A stretch of 25,111 nt of DNA from Bdellovibrionota bacterium FG-2 (GTDB taxonomy: Bacteria; Bdellovibrionota; UBA1018): the NCBI GenBank assembly GCA_051382305.1, contig JBBCAV010000076.1, forward strand, positions 1 to 25,111, given 5' to 3'. A program made the translations under genes and the position numbers. Each line of letters opens with the position of its first letter. The stretch's first letter is position 1. Shown piece after piece: positions 1-9,102 of this stretch. The notes under the pieces are model-generated. The model saw only the letters and a program-made list of their open reading frames with translations, searched no databases and was not told the DNA's origin.

Positions 1-1
1 G

Positions 2-3000
2 CTTAAGGAGCTCACTAAAACATTTATCAAGAATGTGGCCGCCATGAAGAAGCCCAGGCTTGAAAACGTCCAAGACGCCCTCCAGCTTTGGGCCTACACC
101 TCTAACCTTAGCACCGACGTTGGTCGCTATCTTGCCCCTGCGCCGCAAAACGATACGCCCACTGTCGCAAGACTCATGAAAGCCAATCCTCCGCGCGCAG
201 GACCCGACGGCGTCAAGGGCTCCGCCGTCGATGTTGATGCTATTGATCTTGGCATCGAATATACCGCAAGATTTCCGCTCAAAATGAAGGCAAGTTATGC
301 CGATAAAATTCTCCCTAACAACAAGAAGGCATGGTTGAGCACCGACTACGACCTTACGCTGGAGGAACGACAAGCACTTATCAAGCGACTTGCGACAAAC
401 TTAGGAAAACAACTCAATGGCGGGACCGAAGTTCCTGTGACTGCAATCGAAAATGGAGGTCACGGACACTCCCTGGTCATCGTCTATCAGGTAAAGGACG
501 CCAAAGGCCGAGACTGGCGCATTGAATGGGATGGCGTGGGGCGCGATTATGATCCCGAAGGCGTAATCCTCGAATCCGGTCGTGGCGGTCACTGCGAAGT
601 GGTCACACCAAAGTTCAATCCTGATGCGGCCGAGATGCAGGCCGTGTTTCGCGCTTTCAAAGCGACGAACATGATCCCTGCCACCGAGATGGGCGGCGGC
701 CACATCAACATCGATTTAGCGCCTTTTGCCGGAAAACCCAGGGAAATTGCGCGCTTCTTGGCGATTTTTCTCGAAAATCGCGGCGTCGTGGCCACCATGT
801 TTCAGCGAATCGACCGCCTGAAAAACGGCGAGCCCACCGAAATTAGCTCGAAACTCATTGAGCGTTTAAAGAACTTCGCAGGGACCGAAGCAGAACTTAA
901 ACAACTCCTTTATAATGAGCGCTACTTCAACACCCGCGTGGGACGCAAGAGCCGCTACATTCAATTGGACTTGAGCGCGTATTTTCAAGATGTCATCCCT
1001 TCTGAGTTTATCTCGCCGGACTTTGACCTGAAGAACGAAGTATGGAGACAGACGTTTCGCGTGGACCCGAAGGTTAGAAAAGCAGAGCTACGACTCATGA
1101 ATGCGCCGCGGGACGAGGTCGAATCAGCACTGCAAATCAAGCTTGTCAGGGCCATGCTCGATTTTGCCTTTAATCAAGACACCTCACTAACGGGTCAGGT
1201 ACAGAAAGTTGACTTTGAAGGGTCGGTGAAGAACCCTGAGCGAGCGTTAAAAGAATTTGCAAAAACAATGGCCCGCTTCGGACTAGATCCGGCTGAGTTT
1301 CGCCCATACTTCTTAGACGGCCTCTCCTCAGCTCGCTACAGCGTTAACTCACCCAACTATCAACCACTGAACGTGGCACTGAGCGATCATCCCAAGGTCG
1401 CCGAATGGGGAGTGGCGACTCAAGAGCGCTCCCTCGCAGACAGTCTTAATTCTGAAGATAACCCGTGGAGCGAGAAAACCCATCCCAAAGCCGTCGAGCA
1501 GCATGCGATTCGAAAAACTTCGCAGATCGAGGCCCAAAAACTGCGGGAGGCCGCTGCCGCAAAAGGCGTCGTCTCGAATCTGTCACGGAAGGCTGCCGAA
1601 AAATTTTTCGTCGATCGCATCTTGGGTGACCCAGCCATTTTTGACGCCCTGTCTGCTGATCAGAAGCTTTTGGCACTTGGAGAGCTCCATTCTCGGGAGG
1701 ACGCCAAAGACTTTGTCACGAACGCTTTAGAAAAACTAAAAACGAGTTCAGACTTTTCATCCGCCCTTACCAATGTTCTGAAAAGGCCTGGGGATACCTC
1801 ACCAGAGGGAGCCCGCTGGCTGGCTGGCCTAATTCAACCGGGGGAACCATTCAAAGTCGCTCAAGGTGCGGCGATAAGGCACGCCGACGCAGAAGTGAGA
1901 AATCTGGGCTACAAGGCGTTGGGAAATCTTCGAGGAAAGGGCGTTCTTACCATACTTTCGAGTGTATTTGAGAAATGGGGTCCGAGCCCCGCTGAGCCTG
2001 CGGCTATGGGGGACGCGCTTTTGAGGCTTAGCGCGGTCAACCTTGGCAAAACGAAGTCGTTTGACCCAGCCAACTTAGTCACTTCTATTGCAAGTCAGAT
2101 TCCCAATCTTTCCGCGGAGTCATTGGCTTACGCCACGGTGCTCTTTCATAACCTTCAGGGTCCAGGAGTCGTAGTAGGCGTGAAAGCTTTTCTCGCACAC
2201 GAAGATCCCGCAGTTCGACGCATGGGGGTCTCTGCACTGGAGGGTCATTATGATGGTGAATCCCTCCAATTGGCCCGGGAACTTAAGAATGATATGGATC
2301 CAAAAATCCGAGCGCTTGCAAAACTCACTTTGCTTGATCAAAAGAAGGCACTCTCATCCATTTCGGATTCTGAGCTTCAGATTCTCGAAACAACGGATGC
2401 GCTGGATGTCTTGCTCAGGCGCAAAGAAACAAAAAAGGGATTTAAGATCCGACTTGCATTGCTTGAAAAACGAAAAGATTTTCCGCAGGCTATTGACCAG
2501 TTCTTCAAGAAACATACGGCGGATCCAAGGACCGAACCCGAACTCTTGGTGCCATTTGCACAGACTCTCAAGACAGGCTTTTCTGCTGCATCCTACGCGA
2601 TTGCGAGCAAATCCTCCAAAGTTCGAGCCGAAGGATACCGCGCGTTGATGGCTGAATCGGACGCTAACACACTTGCGGCTTCTTTGTTGAGCGCCTTTAG
2701 TAAAATCGTACCTGGTGATCGCAACGTGGCGGCTGATTATCTTGCTCATTCAAAAGATATTGATTTCCTAAAGAAGTCGACGCTAAGGCGGGATTATATT
2801 CTCGCACTCAAGGTTCTCGCCTTTGCGACAAGCGACGGCGCCGTTCGCAAGGAGGCCCTTCAGCAACTCGTAAAAATCGATAGCGAAGGTTCTCTAGTAG
2901 TGCTTGGCGAACTCGCAGCCAGTGAATACCCTGAAGTTCGTCGTGGTGCTGCTAAAGCTATAAAGAGCAGCACCCACTTTCAAGCGACCGCAGAAATGAA

Positions 3001-3895
3001 AAAACTACTCACCCACGATGATCCGAAAACAGTTCTGATTGCAAAAGAGGGTCTTGAGGCGCGCTTTAGATTTTTTGCGAAACTTCCGTTAGGTACGATT
3101 GCGACCCTCCCTACTTCGGATGCGCTCATAGCGTTGCAGCAACGTTCCAAGAAAACTTCAAAAAGTACTGAGGTCGAGCGTATTCTTAATCAACTAAAGC
3201 TAAGAGAAGATTTCAAAGCTGGCGCACAGTCACTTTTTGGCCCTGCTTTTGCCGAAGATCCGGCATTGCAACGTTTCGTATTGGAGAACGTTCCGCCTGA
3301 AATGGTCGCCAAAATGGGATACATTGCTTTTCTCGCAAGCTCAGATCCCAAGATTCGAGACGTGGGTCTAAAGATCCTCATAAACCAGAAAGACCTCAAT
3401 AGCATCGCAAAGGGAGGTGGACTTACGAGCCGCATGATGAAGGAGGGGCCAGCCCTCGATGCGGTTGATGCGTTTACCAAGATCGCTCTAACAGGTGAAG
3501 ACGAAAAGATAATTCTCCACTACCTAAGTCAAGCGATTGCCAACGCACCCAGGGATCAACCGTGGGTGATGGCAACACTTTTTCCTAAAATCATGATGAC
3601 TGCTGCCAAGTTATCGCCGGCAGCGCTCGCGGATCCCTACTATGGTCGAGTATTTACAGCCGAAATTATCACTACTCTCGGCGCAAGCACACCGAAGAAG
3701 ACTCTTGCGGCCGCAGCCTATTTTTTCAAGCGTGGAGTTCAATCCACCGAGGTCGCAGGCCTCGAAAATCTTGCACGGAGAGTGCCCGAATTGCGCCCCT
3801 ACGTCACGTCAACCCTCACAGCGATTGCCACCCGAAACGGGACCGAGTCGTGTCTCACACAGGCGTTGGAGGCTTTTGCGGCGGGGGCGCCGTGA
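2..3895 (+). CDS. 5'-truncated large protein: amidoligase (glutamate-cysteine-ligase/COOH-NH2 ligase)-like domain plus C-terminal HEAT repeats
   Basis: The frame is open from base 2 (CTT AAG GAG ... AAT GTG), so the true start probably lies upstream of the window. Motifs in Amidoligase_2-like order: LGIEYT (248), WRIEWDG (515), CEVVTP (~593), GGGHINID (692), RYIQLDL (953), ELRLMN (1085). At least 8 HEAT-like segments follow, e.g. HADAEVRNLGYKAL, HEDPAVRRMGVSAL, SEYPEVRRGAAKAI, SSDPKIRDVGLKIL. Confidence 0.7.
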   Translation, partial: LKELTKTFIKNVAAMKKPRLENVQDALQLWAYTSNLSTDVGRYLAPAPQNDTPTVARLMKANPPRAGPDGVKGSAVDVDAIDLGIEYTARFPLKMKASYADKILPNNKKAWLSTDYDLTLEERQALIKRLATNLGKQLNGGTEVPVTAIENGGHGHSLVIVYQVKDAKGRDWRIEWDGVGRDYDPEGVILESGRGGHCEVVTPKFNPDAAEMQAVFRAFKATNMIPATEMGGGHINIDLAPFAGKPREIARFLAIFLENRGVVATMFQRIDRLKNGEPTEISSKLIERLKNFAGTEAELKQLLYNERYFNTRVGRKSRYIQLDLSAYFQDVIPSEFISPDFDLKNEVWRQTFRVDPKVRKAELRLMNAPRDEVESALQIKLVRAMLDFAFNQDTSLTGQVQKVDFEGSVKNPERALKEFAKTMARFGLDPAEFRPYFLDGLSSARYSVNSPNYQPLNVALSDHPKVAEWGVATQERSLADSLNSEDNPWSEKTHPKAVEQHAIRKTSQIEAQKLREAAAAKGVVSNLSRKAAEKFFVDRILGDPAIFDALSADQKLLALGELHSREDAKDFVTNALEKLKTSSDFSSALTNVLKRPGDTSPEGARWLAGLIQPGEPFKVAQGAAIRHADAEVRNLGYKALGNLRGKGVLTILSSVFEKWGPSPAEPAAMGDALLRLSAVNLGKTKSFDPANLVTSIASQIPNLSAESLAYATVLFHNLQGPGVVVGVKAFLAHEDPAVRRMGVSALEGHYDGESLQLARELKNDMDPKIRALAKLTLLDQKKALSSISDSELQILETTDALDVLLRRKETKKGFKIRLALLEKRKDFPQAIDQFFKKHTADPRTEPELLVPFAQTLKTGFSAASYAIASKSSKVRAEGYRALMAESDANTLAASLLSAFSKIVPGDRNVAADYLAHSKDIDFLKKSTLRRDYILALKVLAFATSDGAVRKEALQQLVKIDSEGSLVVLGELAASEYPEVRRGAAKAIKSSTHFQATAEMKKLLTHDDPKTVLIAKEGLEARFRFFAKLPLGTIATLPTSDALIALQQRSKKTSKSTEVERILNQLKLREDFKAGAQSLFGPAFAEDPALQRFVLENVPPEMVAKMGYIAFLASSDPKIRDVGLKILINQKDLNSIAKGGGLTSRMMKEGPALDAVDAFTKIALTGEDEKIILHYLSQAIANAPRDQPWVMATLFPKIMMTAAKLSPAALADPYYGRVFTAEIITTLGASTPKKTLAAAAYFFKRGVQSTEVAGLENLARRVPELRPYVTSTLTAIATRNGTESCLTQALEAFAAGAP

Positions 3896-3928
3896 GGTGG
3901 ATTGTAAATATTGCGGTGAATGACATAA

Positions 3929-3967
3929 TTGCAAGATACTTGCAAATTTTACAGTCACTGTTATTAT
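3929..3967 (+). promoter_or_regulatory. Putative sigma70 promoter overlapped by an inverted repeat (candidate operator)
   Basis: TTGCAAG-ata-CTTGCAA is a perfect inverted repeat at 3929-3945. TTGCAA (3940-3945) is followed by 16 nt and then TATTAT (3962-3967), with an extended TG at 3959-3960. The ATG is 6 nt further on and has no SD. Confidence 0.5.
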
Positions 3968-3973
3968 TGAATA

Positions 3974-5188
3974 ATGGCCCACACTCGAGACAGACTGTTT
4001 CTTGAACTTTGGAACAAACTCATCGGCTTTAGCCCCATAATTGGCGTCTTTGGTCATCGACAGGTGGGGAAAAGTACCTTCGTCTCTAGCGCTTCGCAAG
4101 AGTACTTTACCTTAGATGACCGGGAAACATTGAGAGAGATTGAGAAAAATCCAAAAGCCTTTTTGAATGCGATCAAGTCATTTCCGGCGGCCATTGACGA
4201 ATGTCAGGGAGCGCCCGACTTATTTCCGGCACTTAAGGAAAAGATTAGAACGGACAAACGCCCTGGACAGTTTGTTCTCACGGGGTCTGTCCGGTTCACG
4301 AGCCGCAAAGCCATTCGCGAGTCTTTGGCCGGAAGAATGCTGACCCTGGAGATGCTGCCTTTGATTATTTCAGAGTTAAACGATACGCCCCTTTCTACCG
4401 CCGCTCCGAGGCTTCTTGATTTAGAGGAGTTCTCCGAAAATACGCTCGAGGAGCTTTATCAAACCAGCCGCGAGTCACTCGCAGTTGAAAAAGGGCTACA
4501 TAAGTACCTTCTTCAGGGGGGACTCCCAGGATTGTGTTTCATCCGCGAGGAACGACATCGCATAGAGGGCCTGCGCTCGCTTCATGAACTCGTATTGGAT
4601 CGCGATCTTCGAATGATTGTTAAGACAAACCTTTCGGTTAAAACGCTCTTTGATTTCCTACAGCTCCTGGGGGAACGCGGATGGAATCCGATTAATCATG
4701 CAGAAATCAAAAGAAAAATAGGATTAGCCCACGCCACACAGAGTCAGCTGCTGTATGCCTTAGAATCTATTTTCCTGATTAGACGGATTCCGCTTAGAGG
4801 TCGCGCAGGTGAAATCATTCTATTTGAGGATCAATACGAGGAACGGGTGTTGTCCGGCGGACGGCATTCTGAGCATGAACAACTTATGTCAGCACTTTAT
4901 CGCAATGTCCGCGCTCAGTTTCAGTACCGCATAGGCGACTTGAGCAAATTTGAATCCTATATGACTCGCTCCGGAGCGCGAGTGCCTTTGGTCATTAGAA
5001 ACGAAAATGGGGCCTTGGGTTTAAAGATCATGGAGGGCGAGACGCCGTCGCTTTCTGAAAAAAGAACAGCGGACAGTTTCCTACGCGCCGAGAAAAATGG
5101 GAAATTTGTATTTGTCGGAACGCAGCGAACAGGGGCTAGAATTCTAGATTCGAGAGCCATGATTTGCCCGATTACGTGCCTGCTGTAG
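3974..5188 (+). CDS. AAA+ ATPase, AAA_14/DUF4143 (COG1373)-like, with a degenerate C-terminal nuclease-like domain
   Basis: Walker A GHRQVGKST, Walker B AAIDECQ, LTGS, ESLAGR and YLLQGGLPG are present. The C-terminal E-V-D-F...E-x-K motif is replaced by RVPLVIRN...GLKI. Confidence 0.85.
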   Translation: MAHTRDRLFLELWNKLIGFSPIIGVFGHRQVGKSTFVSSASQEYFTLDDRETLREIEKNPKAFLNAIKSFPAAIDECQGAPDLFPALKEKIRTDKRPGQFVLTGSVRFTSRKAIRESLAGRMLTLEMLPLIISELNDTPLSTAAPRLLDLEEFSENTLEELYQTSRESLAVEKGLHKYLLQGGLPGLCFIREERHRIEGLRSLHELVLDRDLRMIVKTNLSVKTLFDFLQLLGERGWNPINHAEIKRKIGLAHATQSQLLYALESIFLIRRIPLRGRAGEIILFEDQYEERVLSGGRHSEHEQLMSALYRNVRAQFQYRIGDLSKFESYMTRSGARVPLVIRNENGALGLKIMEGETPSLSEKRTADSFLRAEKNGKFVFVGTQRTGARILDSRAMICPITCLL

Positions 5189-5204
5189 TGCACCGTGAGA
5201 ACCC

Positions 5205-6353
5205 CTAACAGTTATCGAATTCTCCCGCTGCAAGTGCCAATAGACATTCTTCAACAGGCCAGCACTCAATTTGATCGTCCCATTTTCTCACTTTTTTATC
5301 AAAAGAAACCATGACTAATCTTTTGAAAACTTTTTCTTCACGGATCGCCTTAAGGCCATGAAAATGGCGATCGGTCAGTCGCTCGGTAGACTTTACTTCA
5401 ATCGCCGTGTGTTCACCGATACAAAAATCCACTTCGTGGTTTGCAGTCGATCGCCAATAAGTGAGTGGCCAGTGCGTGTTTCGAATGGTTCGAATAGCGC
5501 GCAGTTCATGAAGAATCCAATGCTCTAGTGCCGTACCAAATTCGGGACTATTCCTATTGAGTTCCTTACGATCCATGAGGGCAGCCTGAACTCCCGGATC
5601 AAAAAGAAAAAACTTTGCAGTCTGAATAGCTCTCCGTTTTTTGGATTCCCTCCAAGGTTCTAGTGAAACACCAAGAAGAGTGTCACGGAGAATTTCGAAA
5701 TAGCTTCGAACAGTGGTTTCTGGGACTCCAGCGTCACTGCTAACAGCTTGGTAATTCAGAATTTGGCCCGATTGAATCGCAGCGGTTTTTAGGAATCTCA
5801 AAAACAGCCCTAGATTCCGCACGGCAGCCTCTTCTTGAATTTCTTCTTTGAGGTAGGTATCCGAATAGGCCTTCAAATCATCCCAGGGGGATTCGCTCAA
5901 AAGCACACTGGGGAGAGAGCCAAACTGCAATTTGGTCTCGAGTGGAATATCCTGAGATTCGGCGTGAATCAGGCCAAACATTTCAAGGACTCGAGCTCGA
6001 CCGGCTAGGAGGTTCGCCGACTGCCGTTTAAGTTTTCGAGCGCTGCTACCTGTCAGCAAAAAGTGAATCTTCTCCTCTTCAATCAGGTCATGAACCTCAT
6101 CGAGAAGCGCGGGGACTTTCTGAATTTCATCAATTACCACGCCTTTTTTTCCCGGGATGAGCATCTTGCGAAGCAGAGACGGATTCTCTAAAAGGCGAAT
6201 CCGATCCTCACTCCTAAGAAGTGAAATAACCTGAAAGTCATCTTTTAAAGTCTCACGGATGAGGGTCGTTTTGCCAACCCCTCTAGGGCCAAACAAGAAA
6301 TGTGATTTCTTCAAAAGCCGATGACGAAGATCCAAGAGTCGAGGGCGATTCAT
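5205..6353 (-). CDS. AAA+ ATPase, AAA_14/DUF4143 (COG1373)-like
   Basis: Walker A GPRGVGKTT, Walker B VVIDEIQK, LTGSSARKL, LAGRA, KFFLFDPG and GTALEH are present, plus the C-terminal YWRS...EVDF...IEVK motif. Start placed at ATG 6353 (MNRPRLL), matching the family's usual short N-terminus. Confidence 0.9.
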   Translation of the reverse strand: MNRPRLLDLRHRLLKKSHFLFGPRGVGKTTLIRETLKDDFQVISLLRSEDRIRLLENPSLLRKMLIPGKKGVVIDEIQKVPALLDEVHDLIEEEKIHFLLTGSSARKLKRQSANLLAGRARVLEMFGLIHAESQDIPLETKLQFGSLPSVLLSESPWDDLKAYSDTYLKEEIQEEAAVRNLGLFLRFLKTAAIQSGQILNYQAVSSDAGVPETTVRSYFEILRDTLLGVSLEPWRESKKRRAIQTAKFFLFDPGVQAALMDRKELNRNSPEFGTALEHWILHELRAIRTIRNTHWPLTYWRSTANHEVDFCIGEHTAIEVKSTERLTDRHFHGLKAIREEKVFKRLVMVSFDKKVRKWDDQIECWPVEECLLALAAGEFDNC

Positions 6354-6362
6354 AGCCAAGTC

Positions 6363-6431
6363 AGCATAGCACAGCAATCCGCGGTGCTCCAGCGGATTAT
6401 CATGATAAAGCGCGGGATAACCGCTGATTAT
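6363..6431 (-). promoter_or_regulatory. Nested palindromes and extended -10 upstream of the minus-strand ATPase
   Basis: CAGCGGATTATC (6390-6401) and GATAACCGCTG (6416-6426) form an inverted repeat with one indel. TTATCATGATAA (6397-6408) is a perfect palindrome. AATCCGC (6376-6382) pairs with GCGGATT (6392-6398). Minus-strand TG-C-TATGCT lies at 6363-6371. Confidence 0.45.
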
Positions 6432-6788
6432 CTAATCCCACTCAAAGATCTCGCGCCGACGGCTCTGCCTGGCTGGCTCGGGCAAATTCTGTCGCGCCCC
6501 CATCACCATCTCCCGCACCTCCTCGGGCAACTCGGACAGCAACCGACGAAGGAGCGCCTTTAGCTCTGGCGCAAACGCGCAACGTAGATTCCAAGCGAAA
6601 ACCTTAGAATTACCTTTTTTAGAGGTAACAACCATACCCATCTTCTCAAACTTCTGCAGCTGTCGCTGCACTTGGCTCACGGGGAGCTTGAACTCCTTGG
6701 CGATCCCCAGCGCGTAACCCTCGCCTCTCGCCTCAAGAAAAATGAGAACCTTCTCAGCCGTCGCGTTTCCAAATAGTCCTGTCCACAT
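6432..6788 (-). CDS. Small winged helix-turn-helix (ArsR-like) DNA-binding protein
   Basis: 118 aa. The pattern LFGN..AEKVLIFL...GYALGIAKEFKLPVSQVQRQLQKFEKMGMV..KKGNSKVF fits an HTH plus wing. Confidence 0.8.
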   Translation of the reverse strand: MWTGLFGNATAEKVLIFLEARGEGYALGIAKEFKLPVSQVQRQLQKFEKMGMVVTSKKGNSKVFAWNLRCAFAPELKALLRRLLSELPEEVREMVMGARQNLPEPARQSRRREIFEWD

Positions 6789-6794
6789 CGTTTC

Positions 6795-6828
6795 ATGGTA
6801 ATTTCTATTTACCTTTTTTCAAGGTAAA
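6795..6828 (-). promoter_or_regulatory. Putative promoter of the wHTH gene overlapped by an inverted repeat, in the region divergent from rocF
   Basis: TTTACCTT-N5-AAGGTAAA is a perfect 8-bp inverted repeat at 6808-6828. On the minus strand TTGAAA (6817-6822) is followed by 16 nt, TACCAT (6795-6800), 6 nt and the ATG at 6788. Confidence 0.5.
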
Positions 6829-6890
6829 AATACCAACCTGCCACCTTTTTGTTGAATCCCATCCTTATATGTGTGATGAATAGCGAAGCT

Positions 6891-7862
6891 ATGTCCGCTA
6901 AAGAATTAACCAAAAAAGGCTCACAAACCAAACAACGTATTTCGCTCATCGGAGTCCCAACCGATATTGGAGCAAGCCACCGCGGCGGCTCCATGGGGCC
7001 GGATGCACTTCGAGTCGCAGGACTTGAACAGGCACTTCGCTCGCTCGGTCGAGACGTGATTGATCGCGGAAACGTCTCGGGCCCCGTCAACCCCATGAAA
7101 CCCCCGAGCGACGGGTACCGGCATCTGCCGGAAGTGATTCAATGGAACCGTGCAGTTCGCGACGCCATGTACTCGGCGCTGAACTCAGGAGAGTTTCCTG
7201 TGCTCATGGGCGGTGACCACTGCCTCGCCATTGGCTCCGTGGCCGGAGTAGCGCGCTATTGTAAAGAACGCGGCAAAAACCTCTACGTCTTATGGCTCGA
7301 CGCTCACGCGGATTATAACACCCCAAAAACTTCGCCCTCCGGCAATATTCACGGAATGCCCGCGGCGGTCCTCTCGGGCCACGGGGATTCTTCGATGCTC
7401 GAAATCGGCTTCACGACTCCCATCATTGAAGGCAGTCACATTATCCAAATTGGCATTCGCTCCGTTGACGCTCAGGAAAAAGTGGCGGTTATCGAAGGCG
7501 GGGTCAACGTTTTTGACATGCGCCAAGTCGACGAAATCGGCATGCGCGCGATTATGGAGAAGGCGTTTGGATTGATTCCTAGAAAAAATTCGCATCTGCA
7601 CGTTAGTTTTGATGTGGATTTCATTGACCCCACCATCGCCCCCGGCGTGGCCACCACGGTTTCGGGCGGCCCCAACTACCGCGAAGCCCAGTTATGCATG
7701 GAAATGATCCACGACTCTGGATTGATCGGCTCATTAGATATCGTAGAAATCAATCCCGCCTTTGACCAAAACAATAAAACCGCTGAGCTTGCGGTAGAAC
7801 TAGTCGAAAGTATTTTCGGCAAACAAATCCTCGCACGAAACCCCTTCAGTGCCTCTTTATGA
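6891..7862 (+). CDS. rocF: Arginase
   Basis: Ureohydrolase Mn-binding motifs GGDHCLAIGS, WLDAHADYNT and SFDVDFIDP, plus the arginase-type SPSGNIHGMP. First gene of an operon with rocD and pruA. Start at ATG 6891 is preferred over TTG 6849, but the start is uncertain. Confidence 0.95.
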   Translation: MSAKELTKKGSQTKQRISLIGVPTDIGASHRGGSMGPDALRVAGLEQALRSLGRDVIDRGNVSGPVNPMKPPSDGYRHLPEVIQWNRAVRDAMYSALNSGEFPVLMGGDHCLAIGSVAGVARYCKERGKNLYVLWLDAHADYNTPKTSPSGNIHGMPAAVLSGHGDSSMLEIGFTTPIIEGSHIIQIGIRSVDAQEKVAVIEGGVNVFDMRQVDEIGMRAIMEKAFGLIPRKNSHLHVSFDVDFIDPTIAPGVATTVSGGPNYREAQLCMEMIHDSGLIGSLDIVEINPAFDQNNKTAELAVELVESIFGKQILARNPFSASL

Positions 7863-7871
7863 AGACCCCTT

Positions 7872-9074
7872 ATGAAAACAAAAGACATTATCAAACAAAC
7901 GGATAAGTACAGCGCCCACAATTACCACCCGCTTCCCGTGGTCATATCAAATGCCGATGGAATTTGGGTCTGGGACATCGAGGGGGAAAAATACCTCGAT
8001 TGCTTAAGCGCCTACTCGGCCCTAAATCAAGGCCACTGCCATCCTGAAATCATCCAGGTCATGATCGAGCAAGCCGGACGCTCCACCCTTACTTCGCGCG
8101 CCTTCATGAATGATCAAATGGGTGATTTCCTGCAAAAGCTGTGTGAAGTGTGTGAAATGGAAATGGCGCTCCCGATGAACACTGGCGCCGAGGCCGTTGA
8201 AACCGCCCTAAAAGCCGCTAGAAAATGGGGCTATCAAGTGAAGGGCGTTCCTGCAAATCAAGCCGAGATCATCGTGTGTCGCGACAACTTTCACGGACGC
8301 ACCATCTCTATTGTGAGCGCATCCACCGAAGAACAGTACCGCGATGGCTTTGGCCCTTTTACTCCGGGCTTTAGAGTAATCGACTTCGGCAACGCCCAAC
8401 AACTCGAAGCGGCGATCACGCCCAATACGGTAGCGTTTTTGGTCGAGCCGATCCAAGGCGAAGCAGGAATTCTGATCCCGCCTGAGGGCTACCTGTCCGA
8501 AGTGCGCAAAATCTGCACGAAGAACCGCGTGCTTTTTATTTTGGACGAAATCCAAACGGGCCTGGGTCGCACGGGAAAACTTTTCGCCTATCAGCACGAA
8601 AAAGACGCGAAGCCTGATGCACTCGTGCTGGGCAAGGCCTTAGGCGGCGGCGTTTATCCCGTTTCTGCAATGGTGGCCTCACGCGAGGTTTTAGGAGTCT
8701 TCAAACCCGGAGATCACGGTAGCACCTTTGGCGGAAACCCCTTGGCCTCGGCAGTGGCGCGAAAAGCACTGGATGTGATTCTCAAAGAAAAACTTTCCGA
8801 GAAATCCAATGAACTCGGCGCCTATCTTATGAAACAGTTGCGCGCGATTCAGTCACCGCACATCAAAGAGATTCGCGGAAAAGGCCTGTTTATCGGAATT
8901 GAAATTAAAGAGTCTGCTGGTCCTGCCCGCCCCTTTTGCGAACGGTTGATGGAACTTGGCGTACTCGCCAAAGAGACCCATGCGCAAACGATTCGCCTAG
9001 CCCCCCCACTCATTATCAAGAAAAAAGACATTGATTGGATGGTCAAGCAACTTAAGGAAGTTTTGGAAGTTTAA
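7872..9074 (+). CDS. rocD: Ornithine--oxo-acid transaminase
   Basis: Class III PLP aminotransferase: [63 protein letters not shown] (PLP lysine), [11 protein letters not shown]. Confidence 0.96.
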   Translation: MKTKDIIKQTDKYSAHNYHPLPVVISNADGIWVWDIEGEKYLDCLSAYSALNQGHCHPEIIQVMIEQAGRSTLTSRAFMNDQMGDFLQKLCEVCEMEMALPMNTGAEAVETALKAARKWGYQVKGVPANQAEIIVCRDNFHGRTISIVSASTEEQYRDGFGPFTPGFRVIDFGNAQQLEAAITPNTVAFLVEPIQGEAGILIPPEGYLSEVRKICTKNRVLFILDEIQTGLGRTGKLFAYQHEKDAKPDALVLGKALGGGVYPVSAMVASREVLGVFKPGDHGSTFGGNPLASAVARKALDVILKEKLSEKSNELGAYLMKQLRAIQSPHIKEIRGKGLFIGIEIKESAGPARPFCERLMELGVLAKETHAQTIRLAPPLIIKKKDIDWMVKQLKEVLEV

Positions 9075-9102
9075 GACGCAAAAAACACGAGGAGAGCTAA
9101 GA

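Noticed and set aside
4-46. TAAGGAG near the window start as the RBS of ORF 35..3895
   Set aside because: It is about 25 nt from GTG 35 and further from ATG 44, and the frame is open to the window edge, so it is probably internal coding sequence.
9031-9102. 24-aa N-terminal extension of PruA in the ORF track
   Set aside because: It overlaps rocD by 44 nt, and a good SD (GAGGAG) precedes ATG 9103.
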